From an uncultured Thermococci archaeon (GTDB lineage Archaea > CAYQAE01 > CAYVLA01), in NCBI GenBank assembly GCA_964549615.1, contig CAZJVP010000003.1:1-44845 (forward strand): a stretch of 44,845 nucleotides of DNA. The letters are read 5' to 3'. The position numbers were made by a program, and so were the translations under genes. Below the pieces are notes generated by a model. The model was not told where the DNA came from and made no database searches. It saw nothing but the letters and a program-made list of their open reading frames with translations. Below are positions 37,948-44,845 of the stretch, piece by piece. Positions within the stretch are counted from its first letter, which is position 1. Every line of letters starts with the position of its first letter.

Positions 37948-38708
37948 ATGCCCGCCTCCGCGCGAAATTCGTCGGTCATGCCCGCGTACTTGCGGAACTT
38001 CCGGACCGCGTCGTCATCGGACATCCCGTTTTTCTTGAACAGGCGTGCCAGTTGCCCCGCGTTGGCATCGCTCATAGGCCCGTAGCATCCCTCACATTCC
38101 CTGCCGTAGCTGGGGCAGATCGCGCCGCACCCAGCTCTCGTGACAGGCCCCATGCACGGCTTCCCCAAGCTCCTCAGGATGCAGACGTTCTCTCTGAGCT
38201 TGCACTCAACGCAAACTGGGTGGTATTTCAGATCCGGCCTGATGCCCTGAAGTGCGGACGTGATTAGCGCGAATATGAGGTCCTTGTGGGGCGGACATCC
38301 GGGGAGCACCATGTCCACGGGCACGTACTCCCCGATGCCGTGGACCCTGATCGACATGATCGGCGTGGTATCCTCGTAAACGTAGCTTTCGGCCTTGTAC
38401 TGGGAAATCCAGTTCCTTATGGACGGCAGGCAGCCCGCCACGGCGCAATCGCCAAAGGCGACAAGGATTCGCGACACGGACCGGATTCTCTTGAGCTCCT
38501 CCAGCTCCCTAGGAGTTGAGACCGATCCCTCAACCAGGCAAAGGTCGTATGGACCCAGATCAACCCGGCTCTGCGCCATCATGAAGTAGGCAATGCTGAT
38601 CCTCTCCGCTATCTGGAGAAGCTCATCCTCAAGGCGCAAGAGCTCCATCTGGCAGCCCGCGCAGCCGGTGAATTTGAAAACGGCGAGCCTCGGCTTCCCT
38701 TCAGCCAT
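37944..38708 (-). CDS. hydD: Group 3b hydrogenase small/delta subunit
   Basis: KFTGCAGCQ, VEGSV, GDCA, PGCPP, VCVECK, CMGPVTRAGCGAICP..CEGCYG. Confidence 0.93.
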   Translation of the reverse strand: MAEGKPRLAVFKFTGCAGCQMELLRLEDELLQIAERISIAYFMMAQSRVDLGPYDLCLVEGSVSTPRELEELKRIRSVSRILVAFGDCAVAGCLPSIRNWISQYKAESYVYEDTTPIMSIRVHGIGEYVPVDMVLPGCPPHKDLIFALITSALQGIRPDLKYHPVCVECKLRENVCILRSLGKPCMGPVTRAGCGAICPSYGRECEGCYGPMSDANAGQLARLFKKNGMSDDDAVRKFRKYAGMTDEFRAEAGI

Positions 38709-38718
38709 TGCCTCCCTC

Positions 38719-39555
38719 CTATATCCCGCAGTCGGGGACATCCTTGATCACCGAATACTTGAACACCGGCCCATCCTTGCAGACAAAGTATGGCCCCAGT
38801 TGGCAGTGTCCGCACTGGGCAATCCCGCACCGCATCCGCCTCTCCAGCGACACGTAGAGCTGTTCCTCGTTGAATCCCTTCCTGAGCAGATCCTGCACCA
38901 CGAAGTGCATCATCACCTCCGGCCCGCAGATGAGCGCCGCGGCGTTCCTGGGCTTGGTGACAAGATTCTGCAGGAGCGTTGTCACAACTCCCACCGAGTG
39001 CTTCCACTCGACCCCTTCTGGGACATAATCAACCGTGAGGGCGAGCTTGGTCCTAGGCATCCTGTGCCACTTCTCAAACTCCCATTCGAAAATGCTCTCA
39101 AGCGGAGTCCTCGTGCCGTACAGGATCTCGAGAAATCCGAAGTCGTCCCGATTCTCCTCTATGTGAACTATCACAGGACGCGGCGAGGGAAGCCCGACAC
39201 CGCCGGTCACGATGAGGACGTCCTTGCCCTCCAGTTCCTTCATCGGCCAGCCGTTCCCGTACGGGCCGGAGATGTAAAGTCGATCGCCGACCTTGAGTTG
39301 GTGGATCCTAGTAGTGACCCTGCCGACCTTCCTGACCGCAACGGCGAAGCTATCGGTGTTTGACATGCTCGAAGCGATTGAGAACATCGCCTCCCCGACT
39401 CCCGGAAAAGAGATGATGATGAACTGACCGGGCGTGAACCTGAACGCGCGCTGGACGTCTTCCTCCACGAATCTGAAAGTGTAGGTGTTCGTGTTGGAGG
39501 TTTCACGTTTGATGGCGAGGACCTCGGCGATCTCCCTCTTGTACGGGTCCTTCAA
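38719..39555 (-). CDS. hydG: Group 3b hydrogenase gamma subunit (FAD/NAD(P)-binding, 2Fe-2S)
   Basis: FTPGQF, GPYGNGWP, GGVGL, CGPEVMM, ERRMRCGIAQCGHC..VCKDGPVF. Confidence 0.93.
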   Translation of the reverse strand: MKDPYKREIAEVLAIKRETSNTNTYTFRFVEEDVQRAFRFTPGQFIIISFPGVGEAMFSIASSMSNTDSFAVAVRKVGRVTTRIHQLKVGDRLYISGPYGNGWPMKELEGKDVLIVTGGVGLPSPRPVIVHIEENRDDFGFLEILYGTRTPLESIFEWEFEKWHRMPRTKLALTVDYVPEGVEWKHSVGVVTTLLQNLVTKPRNAAALICGPEVMMHFVVQDLLRKGFNEEQLYVSLERRMRCGIAQCGHCQLGPYFVCKDGPVFKYSVIKDVPDCGI

Positions 39556-40595
39556 ATGGGTCCCTCCCCAGAGGCCTCATCCCCTCTGAGCTCCCTTGCG
39601 ATCAAAGTTATGTCTATGTCCACAGGACATATCCTTATGCATCGCCCGCAGCCTACGCACTTGGTCATGCTGTACTGGTACGATCCATAACTCAGGTTGT
39701 GACAAACGAACTGCCTGAGTCGCGCGCTTCTTTCCGGGCGGAAGTTCCCCCCAAGTGCGACCTGCGCGAACTCCTTGAGGAGGCACACATCCCATTCGCG
39801 GTACCTTTCGCCCTTCGTCAACGAAACATCGACCGTGTCGCGCACGTCGAAACAGAAGCAGGTTGGACATACCATCCCGCACTGGCCGCACCCCAGACAG
39901 ATATTGCCGTACTTTGCCCAAACGGGATGGTCTTGCGAGGATAGGCACAACTCTGGCATGCCCGCCATATCTAGGGATCTCTTGAACTCCCCTTTCAACC
40001 GCTCGATCACCGCGCGCTTCGCCTGCAGATCCTCCTCTGTAGCCGCTTGCAGCTCGAGGGAGCGCAAGACCTGCTCACCTTCCTGGCTTCCGGACTCCAT
40101 GAGATACCTCCGACCGATGTCGGTCATAAGGACGTCAAAACCGGACTTGGCCTCCGGTCCCGTGCCCATTGACATGCAGAAGCAGCTGTCCGACACGGTC
40201 TTGCAGGTAAGAGCGAAGATGAGGAAGTTGTTGCGCCTCCTGAGGTACCTGGGATCGCTACGGAACCCTAGGAACACCCTGTCAAGGAACTTGAGCCCAT
40301 TCACGTCGCATGGGTGAACGCCCAGGAGGACCTGCTTCTCAGCCGGGATTAGGTCCTCAATCCTTGAGAACTTGTCGTGGTCGAAGGTGAATATGGTCTC
40401 GCGCGGCGGCGAGAAGTACTTCTTCGGGGGCAGGACGGTTGTCACGTAATCCAGACAGAGATCCTGCGCCCGCTCAACCCTCCCAAACACCCACTCCGTC
40501 CCTTTCTGGATCGGTCCGAAGACCTTGTGCGATTCGCCGAGCTTGGCCAGAATCCTCGGGATCTCAGCATCGGGCATGACAACGCAATACGTCAT
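39552..40595 (-). CDS. hydB: Group 3b hydrogenase beta subunit (4Fe-4S)
   Basis: PPKKYF, GVHPCD, CFC, CLGCGQCGMVCPTCFCF, CVGCGRCIRICP. Confidence 0.93.
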   Translation of the reverse strand: MTYCVVMPDAEIPRILAKLGESHKVFGPIQKGTEWVFGRVERAQDLCLDYVTTVLPPKKYFSPPRETIFTFDHDKFSRIEDLIPAEKQVLLGVHPCDVNGLKFLDRVFLGFRSDPRYLRRRNNFLIFALTCKTVSDSCFCMSMGTGPEAKSGFDVLMTDIGRRYLMESGSQEGEQVLRSLELQAATEEDLQAKRAVIERLKGEFKRSLDMAGMPELCLSSQDHPVWAKYGNICLGCGQCGMVCPTCFCFDVRDTVDVSLTKGERYREWDVCLLKEFAQVALGGNFRPERSARLRQFVCHNLSYGSYQYSMTKCVGCGRCIRICPVDIDITLIARELRGDEASGEGPI

Positions 40596-40628
40596 GGACG
40601 GAGCCCGAGCCCCATCCAAACAAACGCG

Positions 40629-40683
40629 ATTTAAAAGTATTGCCAAAGGAAGCGCGGTCGGCCCGGAGGGCAAGACCTTTAAT
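40629..40683. promoter_or_regulatory. Divergent TATA-like boxes ATTTAAAA (40629-40636) and TTTAAT (40678-40683)
   Basis: Located between the hydrogenase operon and glyoxylate reductase starts. Confidence 0.5.
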
Positions 40684-40779
40684 GAGGCGTGGCAAATGCC
40701 CTTGCAAAGAATATGGGCGCGAGATCATCTACCTGGCGCCGCCCTGGAGAACATTGAGCTGATCGACGGGGGTGACTGG

Positions 40780-41775
40780 GTGAAGAAGTACAGCGTATAC
40801 GTCACGAGAAGCATCCCGGAGCCAGGGCTTGATCTGCTCAGACGCGAGTGCGACCACGTTTGGGTTCGACCCTCTGAGAAGATACCCACCAAGGAGGAGT
40901 TGATTAGGGGGGTGAGGAGATGCGATGCCCTCCTCAGCCTCCTTACCGACCGGGTCGACTCTGATGTCATCGCTGCCGGACGCCGGCTGCGCATCATAGC
41001 CAACTACGCAGTTGGCTATGACAACATTGACGTCGAGGCCGCGACGCGTAAAGGCGTCATGGTGACCAACACCCCCGGAGTGCTCACCGAAACCACCGCC
41101 GACATGGCCTGGGCGCTGCTGATGTCGGTGGCGAGGCGAATCGTAGAGGCCGATAGTTACGTGAGGAAAGGACGATTCAGAGGATGGGCACCCAAGTTGT
41201 TGCTCGGCTCGGACGTGCATGGCAAGACCCTTGGGATCGTCGGCCTGGGCCGGATCGGGAGGGCGGTGGCCGCGAGGGCGAAGGGATTCCAGATGAAGGT
41301 GCTATACTACGATGTGAGAAGGGCCGAGCCGGATGTTGAGAGAGAGCTCGGGGCTGCCTACGTTGACCTGGAGACCCTCCTCCGTACATCCGACTTCGTG
41401 ACCCTTCACACTCAGCTTACCCAGCAGACCACCCATCTGATCGGGCCGAAGGAACTTGCAATGATGAAACCGACGGCATACCTGGTCAACACGTCTCGGG
41501 GCCCGGTGGTGGACGAAAAAGCTTTGGCCAAAGCCCTTCAAGCCGGTGCCATTGCGGGCGCCGCCCTTGACGTGTTTGAGAAGGAGCCAGATGTCTCGCG
41601 CGATCTCCTGGCTCTTCCGAACGTGGTTCTCGCTCCACACATCGCAAGCGCGTCGGTTGAGACGAGGACTAGGATGGCCATCATGGCGGCGGAGAATATC
41701 ATAGCCGCTGCTTGGGGGCAGACGCCCCCCAACCTGGTCAACGCGGAGGTCCTCCAGCGCTACCCGATCTCGTGA
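40780..41775 (+). CDS. gyaR: Glyoxylate reductase / D-2-hydroxyacid dehydrogenase
   Basis: YAVGYDNID, TNTPGVLTETTAD, GLGRIG, NTSRG, LDVFEKEP, APHIASA. SD GGGGGTGA precedes GTG. Confidence 0.92.
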   Translation: MKKYSVYVTRSIPEPGLDLLRRECDHVWVRPSEKIPTKEELIRGVRRCDALLSLLTDRVDSDVIAAGRRLRIIANYAVGYDNIDVEAATRKGVMVTNTPGVLTETTADMAWALLMSVARRIVEADSYVRKGRFRGWAPKLLLGSDVHGKTLGIVGLGRIGRAVAARAKGFQMKVLYYDVRRAEPDVERELGAAYVDLETLLRTSDFVTLHTQLTQQTTHLIGPKELAMMKPTAYLVNTSRGPVVDEKALAKALQAGAIAGAALDVFEKEPDVSRDLLALPNVVLAPHIASASVETRTRMAIMAAENIIAAAWGQTPPNLVNAEVLQRYPIS

Positions 41776-41790
41776 TGGTCGGGCGAACGT

Positions 41791-42410
41791 CTACTGGGGA
41801 GAAGACCGCAGGGCGGGCTTCCTCGCAACTATCGTTTCGCTGACGATCTGGAAGGACGATGCACGGAATGCCTCGGTCCTTTCTCGTTTCGCCGCAGAAA
41901 CCGCCCCGGTGGTAGGCCTCCGAGCAGCTTTCCAGGGGCGAACGAGTTTTTGCCTTACTCGGACGTCCGCGAAACCTTCGTTGGCTATCTTCTTCGTGTA
42001 CTGCTTTTCGCTGAGCGCCCCCGAGATCCAGCTTGCCCATGCGCGGGGGCTACTTCTCAGCACCTGAGGGAGTGCTCCTGAGATGACTATGTCCGAGATC
42101 ACCAACCTGCGTCCGGGCCTGAGAACCCTGAACGCCTACCTGAGAGCGGCGTCCTTGTCCGGGGACAGGTCGATCACGCAGTTGCTTATTACAACATCAA
42201 AAGAGCCGGACTCAACTGTGGGGTGTTCGACCTCGCCCAAGCGAAACTCCACGTTGCCGCGACCAGCGTGCCGGGCAACCTCCCGAGCTGCTAGACCGTT
42301 TCGGGTGTGGAGTCGACTCTGATGACTGTTCCACGCTTGCCCGTCTTTGGGGGCGGCCAAGAACGAATCCACACCTTCCGCCGCGCTTTTGGCGAGATCC
42401 TTCAGGAAAG
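41791..42410 (-). pseudogene. arsM: Degraded arsenite methyltransferase (ArsM-like)
   Basis: DSFLAA / [shifted frame] KTGKRGTVIRVDSTPETV / [50 protein letters not shown]. In-frame TAG at 42136-42138, two frameshifts, N-terminus missing. Confidence 0.85.
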
Positions 42411-42555
42411 GGGCTTATGGACCGATGCCCGCTCGAGGGCTTGATCCGATGTTGGCGGGCAGGGGTCGAGTATTTCTTACGAAGGTGGACGCTTCCGATC
42501 AGACAGACAGATTGAAATGCCCAAGGCGCAACCTGTTGCACAAGGCGAGAAACAT

Positions 42556-43446
42556 ATGGGCTTCGCCCAACTCGATAATCGAGGCAAGGAGAGCTCAGCA
42601 CACCAGTCTTTTAACGAGGATCGCATCAAGCAAGACCCAGCCTACCCCAAATTCCTCAAACTGAAGGAGATCCTCCAGGGCAAGTCGGCGTTGGTCTCAT
42701 TCTCGGGAGGCATCGATAGCACGCTCCTTGCTTTCTTGGCAAGGTGGATCTGCCCAAGGTCACTCGCGGTCACCGGTGCCTCGCCCACTCTCGGCACCGG
42801 TGAGCTGGACGGTGCTAGGGAACTTGCGTCCCTCATCGGTATCCCGCACAGAGTGATCGAGCACGACGAGCTTCAAAACCCCCAGTTCTCGAAGAACTCT
42901 CGGGATAGGTGCTACCACTGCAAGAAAGGACTGCTCGAGGCAATGACGCGCATCGCGGCCGATGAGGGATACGAGATGGTCATTGAGGGAAGCAATGCGA
43001 GCGACGTCGGCGACCACCGACCAGGAAGGCGGGCCGTGGTCGAGCTCAAGGTACGCAGTCCGCTCCTCGAAGCTGGCCTGACAAAATCCGAGGTCAGAAG
43101 GCTTTCCAAGGCATTCGGATTGCCCAACTGGAACAGGCCATCAATGGCGTGCCTAGCGTCCCGGATACCCTACGGTTCCCCCATAACCCGCGACAGGCTG
43201 GCAAGGATCAGGGAAGCCGAAGACTTCCTAAGGAGGCTCGGATTCGACGTGGTTAGGGTCCGGGATCACGATCGCCTCGCGAGGATAGAGGTCGACGCGG
43301 GTCGAATCAAAGACCTTTGCAGCGCGCCGGTCTCTCACGCCATAGTCGCCAAGCTCAAGTCGCTCGGCTTCGTGCACGTGTGCGTCGACCTTCTTGGCTA
43401 CAGAACTGGTAGCATGAACGAAGGGCAGGATATGCTAGAGGCCTGA
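42556..43446 (+). CDS. larE: ATP-dependent sacrificial sulfur transferase LarE
   Basis: PP-loop SFSGGIDS, RCYHCK, GSNASD.GDHRPG, PSMACLASRIPYG, RVRDH, GYRTGSMN. Start uncertain. Confidence 0.92.
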   Translation: MGFAQLDNRGKESSAHQSFNEDRIKQDPAYPKFLKLKEILQGKSALVSFSGGIDSTLLAFLARWICPRSLAVTGASPTLGTGELDGARELASLIGIPHRVIEHDELQNPQFSKNSRDRCYHCKKGLLEAMTRIAADEGYEMVIEGSNASDVGDHRPGRRAVVELKVRSPLLEAGLTKSEVRRLSKAFGLPNWNRPSMACLASRIPYGSPITRDRLARIREAEDFLRRLGFDVVRVRDHDRLARIEVDAGRIKDLCSAPVSHAIVAKLKSLGFVHVCVDLLGYRTGSMNEGQDMLEA

Positions 43447-43530
43447 CTTTACCTCGGAAGAAACTTGATAAGGTGAGGTCGTCGAGCAGGCACAAGCACC
43501 GATCGGCGTCTAGAGAGCAAAACAACCTAC

Positions 43531-44760
43531 CTACACGCTTCTCGTCGAAGTGACGCCGCGATAGAGCCGTCGCCGGATCATGAGGGCATACACGACCTGT
43601 CCGGATAGGATCATCGTCGCCAACACGGCGAGCCACTCTATGAGATAGGTCCACATCAACGCGCGGTCCTTCAACCTCAGGGCATGCTCCGCGATCCCAT
43701 CAAGATAATCCCTTGCGTCTTCGACCAACGAAAGCGCCTGGTCGTACTCCTGCTGCACATAGACGGTTCTGGCCTCTGCCCGGATGTCGTCGGCCGCGGC
43801 GATCTCGTTGTAGAGCTTCCCGGTGTTGGCCCCGAACCTGTCGGCGAAGTCTACCACCGAGAGCACCCAGGACTTGGCCTCCTCGTAGTTGATCAGGCCC
43901 TGTCTGACGGTATGAACCTTGAGGATATCGTTGGGAAGCTCCCTGCCCGTGGAGTAGAACAGCATATTCATGAAGACGTCCAACGCGAAGGGGTTGCCGC
44001 CCTGGGATGGCTGGTCCAGCCTCCACCAGGCGTAGCCCATCCCAAGGGTATTTGACCATGTCTCGCCCTTGCCGTAGGTCCAGGATATGAGGAATGGAGG
44101 TTTGTCCAACCCGTCGTCGCTCCAGGCCCAGATCTTTGCTCCCTCCTTCGCAGCCATGAAGTACACCAACGGCTGCACGATGTTGTCCATCCCGAGCGGT
44201 ATGAACATCTTCAGCACAGGGGCAAGCGTGGGGTCCTCGTTGATCTTCACCTTCGCCCTCTTGGTGCCGTACTGCTTCCAGAGGACGAAGATCTCCTCCG
44301 ATGCCAAGGACGGGAAGGCGTCGTTGAGCCTTGAGTTTATCCAAGCATAGTTGGGCGCTACGCTGGTATGGGTTACGCCCCCGATGGTCACGAAGCCCCC
44401 AACCCCGTCGTCCCGGATCGCCCTGTACATCTGGTCCATCTGGGCTGGGGTGAAGAACTCCATGAACATGTGCTCATAGATCATGTAATCCTGCTCGATG
44501 AGCTGCTCATAGGTGCGCGGAAAATACAGCCTCATCGCCCTTCGTCCGGGCTCAAGGTCCGGCGTCGCCATGCCCTGGATCGGGATCGTGGACGGTATGA
44601 AGGTTATGTCGAGCATGGGCTCAACCTTGCCCCAGAGCGGCACCGGGCTCAGCCAAGTGGCCGTCGCGCCCATGTCAAGCACCTTGATCGGACCGCTCCC
44701 TCCACCCCACGCGGGCATGCAGAGCAGCAGGATCAGTGCCAGCGAAGCCCCGAACTTCAT
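43531..44760 (-). CDS. Membrane-anchored GATase1-like domain protein (paralog of 22880-24127)
   Basis: Signal peptide MKFGASLALILLLCMPAWG, RRAMRLYFPRT, DFADRFGAN, C-terminal ALMWTYLIEW..RRRLY. Confidence 0.82.
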   Translation of the reverse strand: MKFGASLALILLLCMPAWGGGSGPIKVLDMGATATWLSPVPLWGKVEPMLDITFIPSTIPIQGMATPDLEPGRRAMRLYFPRTYEQLIEQDYMIYEHMFMEFFTPAQMDQMYRAIRDDGVGGFVTIGGVTHTSVAPNYAWINSRLNDAFPSLASEEIFVLWKQYGTKRAKVKINEDPTLAPVLKMFIPLGMDNIVQPLVYFMAAKEGAKIWAWSDDGLDKPPFLISWTYGKGETWSNTLGMGYAWWRLDQPSQGGNPFALDVFMNMLFYSTGRELPNDILKVHTVRQGLINYEEAKSWVLSVVDFADRFGANTGKLYNEIAAADDIRAEARTVYVQQEYDQALSLVEDARDYLDGIAEHALRLKDRALMWTYLIEWLAVLATMILSGQVVYALMIRRRLYRGVTSTRSV

Positions 44761-44845
44761 CGTCCTTGAGATGCGTGCTTGCGATAAAAAGCTCATACCC
44801 GGCCTCCGACCCGGTAGCCGTGCGGCTGGCTGGATCGGTCCACCC

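Noticed and set aside
42136-42138. Pyrrolysine or amber recoding in arsM
   Set aside because: Frameshifts, the lost Cys and truncation indicate decay, and TAG acts as a normal stop in many intact genes here.

Overview
This is a gene-dense, GC-rich chromosomal segment, most likely from an uncultured anaerobic archaeon. The inference rests on TATA-like boxes about 25-45 bp upstream of genes, GGAGG/GGTGA Shine-Dalgarno (SD) motifs, XerA, an archaeal-type FtsZ, DUF2099, DUF1122 and a COG1031-like radical SAM protein. Housekeeping genes include xerA (with a dif-like palindrome just upstream), ftsZ, lysA, a deacetylase and a nucleoside phosphorylase. Putative sugar/amino-sugar catabolic genes are dispersed: four xylose-isomerase-like barrels, two Gfo/Idh/MocA enzymes, a DegT aminotransferase, a PIG-L deacetylase, a DHDPS-family aldolase and transporters. 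Also present are several membrane-anchored surface proteins (an 855-aa TPR/SNAP-like glycoprotein and GATase1-like paralogs), a four-gene group 3b [NiFe]-hydrogenase operon, glyoxylate reductase, an arsM pseudogene and larE. No tRNA, rRNA, CRISPR array or transposase was recognised. All family calls come from motif recognition by eye, with no database search. Many starts were moved from the ORF track using SD/TATA context and are estimates.
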